Below are positions 51,221-61,847 of a stretch of 64,000 bases of DNA, one piece after another. Made by a program: the position numbers and the translations under genes. The notes beneath the pieces are model-generated. The model was not told the origin of the DNA and searched no databases. It worked only from the letters and a program-made list of their open reading frames with translations. Numbering within the stretch: position 1 is the first letter of the stretch; every line of letters starts with the position of its first letter. Source of the stretch: an uncultured Alphaproteobacteria bacterium (lineage in GTDB: Bacteria > Pseudomonadota > Alphaproteobacteria > CAWBKL01); NCBI GenBank assembly GCA_963789405.1, contig CAWBKL010000005.1:455976-519975 (forward strand), given 5' to 3'.

Positions 51221-52096
51221 ATGAACTTGGCCGATAATCGGTCCCAGGACGATCAGTTCGATGACATGCCGAACCGTCTCGGCGACATTCTCGTCGAGAT
51301 GGGCGCCTTGCAGCCGGCCGATGTCGACAAGATCGTGCAATTGCAGCAGGCGAGCGGCGCGGCCTTTGGCCAGATCGCGGTCGAACGCCGCTTCGTTTCC
51401 CAGCACGATGTGCAAGTGGCGCTCTCGCGTCAGTTCAATTACACCCAGCTTTTGGATGGCGATTGGCCGAATGTCTCCAAGGAGCTGGTAATCGCGCTCA
51501 GGCCGTTTGAGCGCGATGCCGAAGTCTTTCGTTTCTTGCGCGGCAGGCTCATCAACACCTTGTTCGACAAGGGGCAGGGCGGGCTCGCGATTACTGGCGC
51601 AGAAGGCAAAGTGGGCGCTTCTTACGTCGCCGCAAACCTTGCTGTGTCGCTCGCGCAGCTCGGCCGGCGCACCCTTCTGATCGACGCCAATCTTCGCCGC
51701 CCGCGTATCCGCCGCATCTTTGCGATCGACAACAAGTTTGGGCTTTCCGAAGCGCTTGCGGGCCGCGTCTCGGCGCGCAACGTGATCATGTCGAATCTGG
51801 TTGAAAATCTTTCGGTGCTGTGCGCCGGCAATGTGCCGCCGAATCCGCAGGAGCTGCTTGGCGGACGCCAGTTTAAAGAGCTCTATGAAGAGCTTTCGGC
51901 AAGCTACGAGACCATCATTCTGGATACGACCGGCGGCCCGCAGATTGCCGATTCCGCGTTCGTGTGGTCGCAAGCCAAGAACATCTTGTTGATCGCCCGG
52001 CGCAACAGCTCGCAATTTGAAAACGTCGAGGGCGTTGCCGATATGGCCGAGGAATGCGGCGCCAAGATTGTCGGCTGCGTGCTCAATGACTTTTGA
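51221..52096 (+). CDS. BY-kinase-like ATPase (ParA/MinD fold, EpsG-like chain-length-determinant kinase component)
   Basis: LAITGAEGKVGASYVAANLAVSLAQLGRRTLLIDANLRRP (Walker A'). ILDTTG (Walker B). The ORF track starts it at 51161. Confidence 0.8.
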   Translation: MNLADNRSQDDQFDDMPNRLGDILVEMGALQPADVDKIVQLQQASGAAFGQIAVERRFVSQHDVQVALSRQFNYTQLLDGDWPNVSKELVIALRPFERDAEVFRFLRGRLINTLFDKGQGGLAITGAEGKVGASYVAANLAVSLAQLGRRTLLIDANLRRPRIRRIFAIDNKFGLSEALAGRVSARNVIMSNLVENLSVLCAGNVPPNPQELLGGRQFKELYEELSASYETIILDTTGGPQIADSAFVWSQAKNILLIARRNSSQFENVEGVADMAEECGAKIVGCVLNDF

Positions 52097-52105
52097 GATT
52101 GAGAA

Positions 52106-53032
52106 ATGGCCGACACTTACGAGGGCGTCACCATAGGAGAAGCGGCAACAGGCGCGCGCCCCGCGCATAGCGTAACGGCCAGCGATGGCGCTTGGGAATT
52201 TGCGATCGCCGCAATAGGCCTTTTGGCGCTCTACCTGCCAACCTATTTCGATCTCGCGCGCACGACTTGGACCGATCCGTACGAGGCGCACGGGCCCTTC
52301 ATCATCGCGATCGCAATTGCCACCGGCGTGGCGCGTTGGCGGCAGTTTCTCGCCGCGCGGGGAAGCGCGCCTATCGCAGGCTTCAGCGCGCTGTCGTTTG
52401 GATTGCTGCTTTATGTGTTCGGCCGCTCGCAGGAGTTTCTCGTGCTCGAGACGGGCTCGCAGCTGCCGGTTATCGCTGGGGTCATTCTCCTGCTCAAAGG
52501 CTGGCAAGGCTTGCGCGTCTATTGGTTCGCGGTTGCGTTTCTGTTCTTTTCGGTGGTCTGGCCGGGCTGGCTGATCGATAAGCTGACGGTGCCGCTCAAA
52601 ACCGGAGCGACCAATCTTACGGTGAACACGCTCGACAGCTTCGGTTATCCGATCGCCTCGACCGGCGTGATCATTCAAATCGGGCGTTATCAGCTTCTGG
52701 TTGCCGATGCGTGCTCGGGCCTCAACACGATGATCAGCCTGCTCTCGGTCGGCGTTCTGTTTCTTTACATGATGCAGCGCGCGGCGTTGTTGTGGAACGC
52801 AGCCATCATCGCGGCGATGCCCTTCATTGCTTTCTTCGCCAATGTGCTGCGCGTGATGGCGCTCGCGCTCATCACTTATCATTTCGGCGATAAAGCAGGG
52901 CAAAGCTTTATCCATGAGTTCGCCGGCATCTTCCTCTTCAGTGTTGCGCTGGCCTTCGTGTTCTTGATCGACTTCTTGATCGAAAAAGGCGTTGCGCTTG
53001 CTAAGCAGGCGCGCACCGAGGGCCATGCATGA
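52106..53032 (+). CDS. exosortase (EpsH family; the separate EpsI gene suggests XrtB-like)
   Basis: 308 aa polytopic membrane protein with the conserved LLVADACSGLNTMISL and ANVLRVMALAL motifs of the exosortase/archaeosortase family. Confidence 0.85.
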   Translation: MADTYEGVTIGEAATGARPAHSVTASDGAWEFAIAAIGLLALYLPTYFDLARTTWTDPYEAHGPFIIAIAIATGVARWRQFLAARGSAPIAGFSALSFGLLLYVFGRSQEFLVLETGSQLPVIAGVILLLKGWQGLRVYWFAVAFLFFSVVWPGWLIDKLTVPLKTGATNLTVNTLDSFGYPIASTGVIIQIGRYQLLVADACSGLNTMISLLSVGVLFLYMMQRAALLWNAAIIAAMPFIAFFANVLRVMALALITYHFGDKAGQSFIHEFAGIFLFSVALAFVFLIDFLIEKGVALAKQARTEGHA

Positions 53033-53781
53033 GCGCGCTCCCCGCCAGTATCGAACGCGCGATGGGCCCGTTTCGCTTGCGTCCTCTGGCGCTGATCGTT
53101 CTTGGTCTGCTGCTTGCGGCCGCGCTCGCGACGATCGCGATGACCCCGCGTATTCATATGTCGGACTCGCGAAATCGCGATCTTGAGACCCTGGTGCCTA
53201 AAGCCTTCGGCGGCTGGACCATGATAAAGACCGATGGTCTTGTCATGCCCGACCCGGACCAAGAGCGCATGGTCAATGAGCTCTACAACACGGTGCTCAC
53301 GCGCATCTATCGCGACAGCGCGGGCCATGAGATCGAGTTCTTGATCGCCTATGGCGGCGATCAGTCGGATGCCTTGCAGCTGCACCGGCCGGAGACCTGC
53401 TATCTCTCGAACGGCTATGCCGTTTCGCCGCCCTATTACCAAGACAAGACCTATGCGGGGCACGAAATTCACATCGCGCGCGTGCGCACGCATGATGCGA
53501 TGGCGCGCGAGCCGGTATCCTATTGGATGCGCGTCGGCAATCGGCAGGTGACGACCAATTTGGACCGCCAGCTTGCCAAGCTTATGGATGGCTTGCGCGG
53601 CATCATTCCCGATGGCGTGCTTGTGCGTGTATCGAGCCGTACGACAGGCGATGTGGCAACCGCTTACAAAATGCAGGATCGATTCATTGCCGCCATGCTC
53701 GCAAGCCTCGATCCAAAGACCCAAGAGCTGCTGGTGGGGCCGGGCACTGGTCCCAAAGCCGTGGCGCGGGCTGGCGGATGA
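53029..53781 (+). CDS. EpsI-family exosortase-associated protein
   Basis: N-terminal anchor, then a periplasmic domain (...HRPETCYLSNGYAV...). 4-nt overlap with the exosortase gene. Confidence 0.75.
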   Translation: MSALPASIERAMGPFRLRPLALIVLGLLLAAALATIAMTPRIHMSDSRNRDLETLVPKAFGGWTMIKTDGLVMPDPDQERMVNELYNTVLTRIYRDSAGHEIEFLIAYGGDQSDALQLHRPETCYLSNGYAVSPPYYQDKTYAGHEIHIARVRTHDAMAREPVSYWMRVGNRQVTTNLDRQLAKLMDGLRGIIPDGVLVRVSSRTTGDVATAYKMQDRFIAAMLASLDPKTQELLVGPGTGPKAVARAGG

Positions 53782-53791
53782 TCGAGGCGTG

Positions 53792-55411
53792 ATGGCGCGG
53801 CGCGACATTCAGTTCGATGAGACCTTGAAACGGCCCGATCGTGCGCGGTCGCAAGGCGCGCTGATCATGGCTGCGCTCATTGGCACCGCCATTCTCGTGC
53901 CGCTCGGCATTGCGCGCGCAATTGCGGCGATGCAGCCAGAGCAGGCCTTCGGCATTGTTGCGCTCGTCGCCGCCGTCGTTGCCGTGCTCATGCCGGCGCG
54001 CGAGCGCGAGATCAACACGCGGCCATTTCTCTACATGCTGGTCGCGTTTTTCGCCGCCTATGTCGTCTGGCCGCCTTATGTCGCGATAACCTTGCCGGCT
54101 TTGCCTTTCATCACGCCCGGGCGCGCGCTGCTCTTTGCTTTGCTCGTGGGATGGATATTCACCGCCGCAACCGCGCGCTCAATTCACCGGCGCTTGTTTG
54201 AGCGGCTCAGTCTTGCCAAGACGCTCTGGATATCCATTCTCATCCTCATCGTGTTTGAGGGCCTCGCGATCCCTTATTCGCCGGAACCCGCGATGGCAGC
54301 GAAGGCGTTCCTTGATCAGGGCCTCTCGCTGTTCTTGCCGCTTGTCGTTGCGGTGACGCTGATTGATTCAGAGCGCGATATCGACCTTATTGCGCGAGTC
54401 TTGCTGATTGCCGCGGTGTTCATCGGCCTCACCGTGGTCTACGAGGCCTTCACGCGGCACAACATCTTCGTGACTTACCTGTCGAAGCTTGTGAGCTACC
54501 GCGCGCCATGGCTTGACGAGATTCTAAGGCCCTCGGTGCGCATGAATGGCACCTTCCGCACGCAGGGGCCGTTTACCGTGCCGCTCAGCCAAGCCGAGTT
54601 CTTCACGCTGCTTATCCCCTTTGCGCTCAACGCTTTCGATAGCGCGAAAAATGGATTTGCACGTCTGGGCGCGGTCCTGATGGCTGCGCTCTTTGAGTTC
54701 GCGATCATCTCCGCGGATTCGCGCACGGCGATGGTCACGAGCGTCTTCTTGATCGGCCTCTACGCCATCTTGCGCGGTGCGATGTTTCTGCGCGCGAATC
54801 CCAAGGCCGACCTGAAACCGCTAATGATGCTGTTCGTTGCGTTCGTCGTCCTATGCGTGCCTGTGGCGCTTGTCGTCATGCTCATCAAGCTTGGGCTGGG
54901 CGAGACGCTGGGCGAGCACGGCACGCGCGGCGCCCAGCTTGCGCTCGGCATTCCGAAAATCCTCATCCGGCCGTTCATCGGCTATGGCCCGGACTTGGGT
55001 GGGCTTGTGCTCGGCTATCGCCCGGACGGCGTCAATCTCACAATCGATAACTACTATCTCAGCATCGCGCTCGATGCCGGCCTGCCGGCGCTGTTGGCGT
55101 TCATCGTTCTGCTCAGCTGGATGATGATAACGGCGTTGATTGGCGCCCTTCGCGCGCCGATTGAGCGTGGCCGGATCTATCTTCTGTTCCTTCTGTATTT
55201 CATCGGCTTTGCCTTGGTGCGCACGACCCTGTCGCAGAGCGACAATCTCAGCCTCTCCTACATTATGATGGGCGTGTTTGCGGCCTATCATGGCATCGCC
55301 TCTAGGGCGGCAAAGCAAGAAGCGGCAGAGGCCGGCCTGGGCGATGCTGGCGGCGGCAAGCGCCGCCGCTCGCGGGCTTGGCGTGTTGCTCGTCCCTTGG
55401 GCAGCGTCTGA
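53792..55411 (+). CDS. O-antigen ligase-like (Wzy_C) polytopic membrane protein, exosortase-locus-associated
   Basis: About 12 TM segments with a central periplasmic loop. 539 aa from the ATG at 53792. Confidence 0.65.
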   Translation: MARRDIQFDETLKRPDRARSQGALIMAALIGTAILVPLGIARAIAAMQPEQAFGIVALVAAVVAVLMPAREREINTRPFLYMLVAFFAAYVVWPPYVAITLPALPFITPGRALLFALLVGWIFTAATARSIHRRLFERLSLAKTLWISILILIVFEGLAIPYSPEPAMAAKAFLDQGLSLFLPLVVAVTLIDSERDIDLIARVLLIAAVFIGLTVVYEAFTRHNIFVTYLSKLVSYRAPWLDEILRPSVRMNGTFRTQGPFTVPLSQAEFFTLLIPFALNAFDSAKNGFARLGAVLMAALFEFAIISADSRTAMVTSVFLIGLYAILRGAMFLRANPKADLKPLMMLFVAFVVLCVPVALVVMLIKLGLGETLGEHGTRGAQLALGIPKILIRPFIGYGPDLGGLVLGYRPDGVNLTIDNYYLSIALDAGLPALLAFIVLLSWMMITALIGALRAPIERGRIYLLFLLYFIGFALVRTTLSQSDNLSLSYIMMGVFAAYHGIASRAAKQEAAEAGLGDAGGGKRRRSRAWRVARPLGSV

Positions 55412-56488
55412 TGATGGACGCCCTGAGCCAGCGCGGCCGCGTCATCGTCATCGTGCTCACCTATTGCGGCGCGGACATCGCGATCGAATGTCTGTCGAGC
55501 ATCTTGGCATCCGACTATCCGGACTTTCGCGTCATCCTGCTCGATAACGCTTCGCCCGACGGCACTTTTGAGCACATCAAAGCCTGGGCGCGTGGCGCCG
55601 CGCCGCCGCAGGTCTCTCAAAGCCCGATTGGCGCTATAGAAAATGCTAAGGGACCGCTCGATTTTGCCGAGCGCAGGCCGCTTGATGCGCCGCGCGATAC
55701 CGCGTCACTGCCGTGCCTGACGCTGGTTCAGACCGGCGCCAATCTCGGCTATGCCGGCGGCAACAATGTTGCGCTTAGATGGCTGCAGAGTCTCTCGGAC
55801 TGGGATTACGCCTGGATCCTCAACCCCGATACGGTGATCGCGAGCGATGCCATGTCGGCGCTCGCTGCGCAAATGTCTGGCCGATCCTTCGCTGGGCGTC
55901 GTCGGCGCGCGTATCGCCTTCTACGACCGGCCTGCGATCATTCAGCAATGGGGTGGTGCTAAGCATCGGCCGTTGCGCGGGACAGGGCGCCTGCTCGGCC
56001 TCGGCCATTCAGCCGACGAATCCGTCGATGAAGCGCAGATCGCCGCGCAGATGAATTTCGTCAGCGGCGCTTCGATGTTCTTCACGCCCTCATTCTTGCG
56101 GCGCGCCGGAACAATGGATGAGGATTACTTCCTCTATTTCGAGGAGGCCGATTGGTGCCGCAACCGCGGCGATCTGCGCCTTGGTTATGCGCATGATGCG
56201 CGCGTTTACCATCGCCACGGCAGCTCGATCGGCTCCTCGAACTCCTATCGGACGATGTCGCCGCTTTCGATCAGCTGGTCGCTGCGTAATCGCTTCCGCT
56301 TCGCACGCAAGTTTCACCCCAAGGCGCTGCCGGCGATCTATCTCTCAAGCTACATCGATATCGCGCGCATGTTGTCCCAAGGCGCTTTCTCCAATGCATG
56401 GCTTGAATTCAAGCTTTTGAATGGTTTCGCGCCTTTCCCAAAGCCGCCTGCCCACGATGACGCGAAGGGCGGCATCGCCGCGGGTTGA
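55411..56488 (+). CDS. family 2 glycosyltransferase; frameshift ~55880
   Basis: VIVIVLTYCGADIAIECLSSILASDYPDFRVILLDNASPDGT. DxD-region continuation in ORF 55847..56488 (NFVSGASMFF...YFEEADWCRN). Confidence 0.75.
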
Positions 56489-56546
56489 GCATGGGCGGCA
56501 CATGGCCATATAAACGCGCCGGCGATCTGGATCGGCTTGAACGGAT

Positions 56547-58316
56547 TTGGCAATGAGTGTGCGCAAGGAGCTGGGAGCGGCCGTGGCGCAAGCGTTTGCG
56601 GCGCTTGGGCTCGACCCCGCGTTGGCGACTGTACGCCGCTCCGACCGGCCCGACCTCGCTGATTATCAATCGAGCGGCGCGCTGGGCGCAGCAAAAGCGG
56701 AAAAGCGCAATCCGCGTGAGCTGGCTGAAGCATTGCGCGGCGCGCTTGCGGCGGCTTTGCCGGGCGTTGAGATCAGCGTTGCGGGGCCGGGCTTTCTCAA
56801 TTTCCGCTTGAGCGCCGAGCGGATGACGGCGCTGCTCACGGCGATGGCGGGCGCGCCGCGCCATGGCCTTGAGCAGAGCGAGCCCCAGCGCATCACCATC
56901 GATTATGGCGGGCCGAATATCGCCAAGCCGATGCATGTCGGCCATCTGCGCTCGAGCCTGATTGGTGAATCGATCAAGCGAATTGCGCGCGCCGTGGGTC
57001 ACCAAGTCACCAGCGACATTCATCTCGGTGACTGGGGCCGCCAGATGGGAATGATCATTTTCGGCGTGCGCGAGCGCTCGCCCGATCTGCCTTATTTCGA
57101 TGAGAGCTTCAAAGGTCCGTACCCGGAAAGCTCGCCGGTCACGCTCGCCGATCTTGAAGCGATCTATCCCGATGTCTCAGCGCGCTCCGAGAAGGATCCC
57201 GCTGTGCTCGATGAGGTGCGCCGCATCACTTATGAGCTGCAGCAGGGGCGGGCTGGTTATCGTGCATTATGGGCGCATATTGACCGCATCTCGATCGATG
57301 AGATCAAACAGGATCTCGGCCGGCTCGGCGTCTCGTTCGATCAATGGTTCGGCGAAAGCCGCTATCAAGATCGTCTGGCAGGATTGATCGCCGAGCTTGA
57401 AAGCCAAGGCATTGCGCGCGAAAGCGAAGGCGCAATCGTCATTCCGGTTGCCAGGAATGACGACAAAAAGGAGATGCCGCCGGTGATCTTGCGCAGCTCC
57501 GAAGGCGCCGCGCTCTACCACACGACTGATCTTGCGACGATCGAGGAGCGCATCGACAAATTCCGCGCCCGAGGCGATCCTTTATATGGTCGACAACCGC
57601 CAGGCCTTGCATTTCGAGCAATTATTTCGCGCGGTGCGCATGGCGGGGTGGGGCAAGGATGCTGATCTTGAGCATCTTGGCTTCGGCACGATGAACGGGC
57701 CCGACCGCAAGCCGTTCAAGACACGCGCCGGCGGCACGGTGAAGCTGAAGGATCTGATCGACACATTGATCGAGGAAGCACGCGCCCGCCTTGGGGAGTC
57801 GGAGCACATCTCCGATTTGTCGGAGGCGGAGACGCAGCGCGTGGCCGAGCTTGTTGGCGTTGCAACACTCAAATTCGCCGATCTCCAGCACGACCGGAAG
57901 TCCGACTATATCTTCGATCTGAAGAAATTCTCGCGCTTCGAAGGCAAGACGGGCCCCTATCTGCTTTACTCGGCCGTGCGGATCAAATCGATCTTGGCGA
58001 AGGCGAAAGAGCAGCGGCTTATGCCCGGCGCGCTTGCGCTTGGCGCGGGCGCTGAGGAACGCGCGCTTGGCGTGGCGCTACTGCGCTGGTCGGATGAAGT
58101 ATGGGCTGCGTGGGAGGCCCGCGCGCCGCACATTCTTGCCGGATTATGTGTTCGAGCTCGCGCAAACCTTCAGCCAGTTCTATCACGCGCAACCACATCT
58201 TGAGCGAAAGCGATGAAGCGCGCCGCGACTCGCATCTTGCGCTCGCCGAGCTGACTTTGCGTGTGCTTGAAAGCGGGCTCGACCTTCTCGGCATTCAAAC
58301 GCCGGAACGCATGTAA
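56547..58316 (+). CDS. argS: arginine--tRNA ligase; two frameshifts (~57585, ~58140)
   Basis: HIGH-type motif PNIAKPMHVGHLRSSLIGESI. ...LYMVDNRQALHFEQLF...FGTMNG...KTRAGGTVKL in a second frame. C-terminal ...HLALAELTLRVLESGLDLLGIQTPERM in a third. Confidence 0.9.
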
Positions 58317-58345
58317 CCTGTGGATCGAAGCCGGTTGCTTAAACC

Positions 58346-58463
58346 GTCATCCCGGACGCGATGCGGCACAAAGTGTTGCTTCGCAGGTCCGGAGACCTGC
58401 ATAGCGGAGATCCCGTGTCAGCACAGCATTGCTGCGCGTTGCAGTGCGCACCGGATGACGCAG
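58346..58463. repeat. palindromic intergenic repeat element, copy 2
   Basis: gtcatcccggacgcgatgcggcac...tgcttcgcaggtccgg...gatcccgtgtcagca...tgcgcaccggatgacgcag; the termini are inverted complements. Confidence 0.7.
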
Positions 58464-58487
58464 ACGCATCAACCCGACTTCGTGTGA

Positions 58488-59234
58488 TCAATTGAATGCG
58501 TGCGACAGCGTCACCCACACTTCGTCATCGCTGGCGTGCGCACGGTCGGTGTTGCCGTAAGTCAGGCCGAGGGTTACCGGCCCGGCATCCACCTGGCCGC
58601 CGATGCGCCAATCGGTGTAGTCGGGCCCGGCGGCGAGGTTATTGCTGAACTTGTAATGGCCGATATGGCCGATGAGCGCGGCATTCTTCACGAGCGAAAC
58701 CTGCAGCGGTATCGGCACCACGCCATTGCCTTCGTAATACCAGGCCGACCTAGTGCCCAGCGTGTTGTCGGGCGTGTAGAAAATCTTGCCGCCCAGCTGC
58801 ACGATATGAAAATCCTCGGTGACGCCGCCGTAAAACTCGTAATAGTCGAGCTTATAGCGGCTGCTGACATTGGGATATTTGTAATAGATGAAGCCGAGAT
58901 CGAACGTGGTCGAGCCGATCACCGGCCTGAGGCCGCCATAGAGGTCGAGCTCGAGATCGGCATTGGGCACGGCGGTGCCGAAGTCGACGTTGGAGGCCCA
59001 GCCGCCGGCATAAAGCCAGCCATCGGTCACGTCGAAGCCGCCTTGAATTGCCGCGCCGCTGTTGGTTTGCGAGATGCCGCGAAAGATGTAGTCGGATGTG
59101 ATGGCGACATTGGCGGAGATCTTGAATTGCGATGCGCTCATCGGCGCATTATCGGCAAACGCGCCGCCGGATGTGAGCGCAAGGCTGGCCGTAAGAAGAA
59201 ATGCCGCGAAACGCGAATCGAGCTTGGTCGCCAT
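58488..59234 (-). CDS. predicted outer-membrane beta-barrel protein (proteobacterial conserved hypothetical family, paralog 1)
   Basis: Signal peptide, then ...ISANVAITSDYIFRGISQTNSGAAIQGGFDV... and alternating beta-strand pattern. C-terminal ...VTLSHAF-N. Confidence 0.55.
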   Translation of the reverse strand: MATKLDSRFAAFLLTASLALTSGGAFADNAPMSASQFKISANVAITSDYIFRGISQTNSGAAIQGGFDVTDGWLYAGGWASNVDFGTAVPNADLELDLYGGLRPVIGSTTFDLGFIYYKYPNVSSRYKLDYYEFYGGVTEDFHIVQLGGKIFYTPDNTLGTRSAWYYEGNGVVPIPLQVSLVKNAALIGHIGHYKFSNNLAAGPDYTDWRIGGQVDAGPVTLGLTYGNTDRAHASDDEVWVTLSHAFN

Positions 59235-59340
59235 GGATACCTCCCATGGCGCAACGCTATGCGATTCGTGAGCAAGGTGCGCCGGAGCGCGCAAGCATTC
59301 TCACTGGAGAACTGGCTGGGCGTTCGGGCTCAAAAGCAAA

Positions 59341-59366
59341 CGGCCGGCCCCGAAGGGCCGGCCGCC
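59341..59366 (-). terminator. GC-rich hairpin (cggccggcccc-gaag-gggccggccg) downstream of the beta-barrel gene at 59392..60147
   Basis: Perfect 11-bp stem, 25 bp after the stop codon, between the two tandem paralogs. Confidence 0.5.
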
Positions 59367-59391
59367 GAGATTGATAAGGAGCTACGTCTCG

Positions 59392-60147
59392 TTACATCGC
59401 GCGTTTAATCGAGAACACGGCGCGTGCCTTGGTCTCCTGCTTGGCACCGGCAAAACCAGCGACCGCATCCGTCAGGCCGATATTGGTGTCGATGTAGCGC
59501 AGGTCGAGGTCGAAGCCGGCGATTGAATAAGTCGCACCGGCATTCCACGTCACGTAGTCGGCCGACGGCGTGCCCGGCAGCGGGCCGTTGATATCGTCAA
59601 TATACTGATACCCAACGGCACCCGAGAGCGAGAAGTCCTTGGTCAGATTGATCGAGCCATTACCTTCGATGTAGTGCGCCTCACCGGTCTCACCGAAGAA
59701 GTCGGGCGAGACATAGAATGCGAGGCCAAGGCTCGTGTTGGAAGTCGGCGAGATACTCGGCTTGATATACCCTTCCATATAGGTGAAGGAGTTGCCGTCA
59801 TCATGCGCGCCCGGATAGATGTAGCCGATCGCGCCAATGTCCCAGGAGACAGGGCCGGTGGTCGGCGTGATGCCGCCATAAACGTCCCACTCCATCGGTG
59901 CAAAGCTGATGCTCGAAGCCCAGGTGCCGAGATAGAACTCGCCGGCCGAGGCATCGAAGCCGCCCTGGACGGCAGGCCCGGAATCCGATTGCGAAATGCC
60001 GCGGAACACATAGTCCGTGGTCATTGCAATGTTGCCGCTAAACGTGACCGCTGGGGCTGGCGCATCGTCCGCGAATGCAGCTCCCCCGCAGAGGGCCGTG
60101 ACACTCAATGCCGTCCCCAGCATCGCGGCCTTCGTCAATTTCTTCAT
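59392..60147 (-). CDS. predicted outer-membrane beta-barrel protein (paralog 2 of 58488..59234)
   Basis: MKKLTKAAMLGTALSVTALCGGAAFA signal. ...FSGNIAMTTDYVFRGISQSDSGPAVQGGFDA... parallels the neighbouring paralog. Confidence 0.55.
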   Translation of the reverse strand: MKKLTKAAMLGTALSVTALCGGAAFADDAPAPAVTFSGNIAMTTDYVFRGISQSDSGPAVQGGFDASAGEFYLGTWASSISFAPMEWDVYGGITPTTGPVSWDIGAIGYIYPGAHDDGNSFTYMEGYIKPSISPTSNTSLGLAFYVSPDFFGETGEAHYIEGNGSINLTKDFSLSGAVGYQYIDDINGPLPGTPSADYVTWNAGATYSIAGFDLDLRYIDTNIGLTDAVAGFAGAKQETKARAVFSIKRAM

Positions 60148-60375
60148 TTCAACGCCTCCATAGGTTTTGGGTCGCCCCAGCGCGTGTGCAGTTCGTTAAC
60201 GCAGGGGCAAGTTTGGTGCCAACCGTGATTCGGCCGCGCAACACATTCGTCACTTTCGTCTAAGTGCTTGACGATAAACAGGATTGTTGGATTACGATGA
60301 GCCGCTGCTGGGCTCTTGGGACCGTGCGGTCCATCACGCGAACCATAGCATTGCCCGCAAGCTCAGCAAGCTGCT

Positions 60376-60406
60376 GAAGTGTTGCTCAATCGCTGAGCAA
60401 CACTTC
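60376..60406 (-). terminator. perfect 13-bp hairpin (gaagtgttgctca-atcgc-tgagcaacacttc) downstream of the L,D-transpeptidase gene
   Basis: Inverted repeat about 40 bp past the stop at 60443. Confidence 0.5.
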
Positions 60407-60442
60407 TCTGTTGCTCTCCTGCAACAGCAGATGCGGCATAAA

Positions 60443-61180
60443 TCAGTCGGCGGTCACGACATATTGGCCATCTGACACAATGATATGCGGTGGCCGGCCG
60501 GTCGTTTCGAAGGCATCGTAACCGGCCTTCAGCTCCGACCAGAAGCCGTACCAGGGCGAATTCAGATGCGCGGCCAAGTTGGCCGCGGTCATGCGGAATG
60601 GAAAAATGCTCACCGGCACGGTCGGCTCGCCCTCGCTCAGTGCGGAGTAGACGAGCGCATAGATCTCTTCAATTTGCGCATCGGTCATCGCATAGCAGCC
60701 GGTCGAAAGGCAGCTGCCATGGATCATCAAGGCCGAGCCGGTGCGCTCATGCGCCCTGTCATAGGCATTCGGATAGCCGATATTGAGCGCGAGATCGAAT
60801 TCGCTGTTCGGATTCAGATGGTCGCGCGTGATGCCGTAAAAGCCTTCCGGCGCCTGATCATCACCTTCGGCCACTTTAGGGCCGAGCCCGCCGGACATAT
60901 CGCAGATGCGGTAGCTCTTGAAGAGCTTGAAGGTGCCGCCACCCGCTTCTGACCAAAGCTCCAACCGGCGCTCGGCCTTGTAGATCGCGATATAGACCGG
61001 CGCCCCGAGCTTGAGCCCCTTGTCGGCGAGCACCGGCGCAAGCTTCGTGAACTCGGCGCTGACAATCACCGTTGAGCGATAAGTGGCTGGCATTTCGTCC
61101 GGCGCCGCATTGCCCGCAAGGGGCGCGAGCGTGATAACAGCAACCAGAAGCTGGGCGGCGATGGCTTTGATCAAACTCAT
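60443..61180 (-). CDS. L,D-transpeptidase (YkuD/ErfK domain, YafK-like)
   Basis: Signal peptide; catalytic ...[19 protein letters not shown]... (H-G-x-C-S-x-G-C). Confidence 0.8.
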   Translation of the reverse strand: MSLIKAIAAQLLVAVITLAPLAGNAAPDEMPATYRSTVIVSAEFTKLAPVLADKGLKLGAPVYIAIYKAERRLELWSEAGGGTFKLFKSYRICDMSGGLGPKVAEGDDQAPEGFYGITRDHLNPNSEFDLALNIGYPNAYDRAHERTGSALMIHGSCLSTGCYAMTDAQIEEIYALVYSALSEGEPTVPVSIFPFRMTAANLAAHLNSPWYGFWSELKAGYDAFETTGRPPHIIVSDGQYVVTAD

Positions 61181-61192
61181 TTCTCCGCCGCC

Positions 61193-61675
61193 ATGTTACG
61201 GGAGACTCAGGTGGCAAAGAAGCCTGACAAAGCGATCCGCGCGCTCGGCCGCAAAACCAAGCTACCGGCATCGCCCAAGGCTGCCAAGCTTGACCTCGTG
61301 CCCGCCCCGAACGCCGGCACCCTCTATCTCGTGCGTTTCACCTGCCCGGAGTTTACCTCGCTATGCCCGGTGACTGGCCAGCCCGATTTTGCGCACCTGG
61401 TCATCGACTATGTCCCCAGGGCGCTTATCCTCGAAAGCAAATCGCTCAAGCTTTATCTTGCAAGCTTCCGTAATCACGCGGCGTTTCACGAAGCGTGCAC
61501 GACCGATATCGGCTTGCGCCTTGTGCGCGAGCTGAAGCCCCATTGGCTGCGCATCTGCGGTTTTTGGTATCCGCGCGGCGGCATACCAATCGACGTTGTT
61601 TTCCAATCCGGCGCGCCGCCGGACGGGGTCTTCGTCCCCGACCCGGGCGTCTCGCCCTATAGGGGGCGCGGCTAA
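61193..61675 (+). CDS. queF: NADPH-dependent 7-cyano-7-deazaguanine reductase (type I QueF)
   Basis: ...[31 protein letters not shown]...; 160 aa. Confidence 0.85.
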   Translation: MLRETQVAKKPDKAIRALGRKTKLPASPKAAKLDLVPAPNAGTLYLVRFTCPEFTSLCPVTGQPDFAHLVIDYVPRALILESKSLKLYLASFRNHAAFHEACTTDIGLRLVRELKPHWLRICGFWYPRGGIPIDVVFQSGAPPDGVFVPDPGVSPYRGRG

Positions 61676-61847
61676 GTGGGTGCGGCTGGGGCGCTCGCCA
61701 GAGGGCGCCCTCCACATAAGCAAAGGCTGCCGAACAGCCGGCTGGCTGAACGGCAGCCTAAACGCTCACGAAAACAAACAATCTCGTGATCGGCTCCGGC
61801 CGGGTTTCGATCCATGACCGGCTCAAGAGCGGGCTATTTGAACTGGT

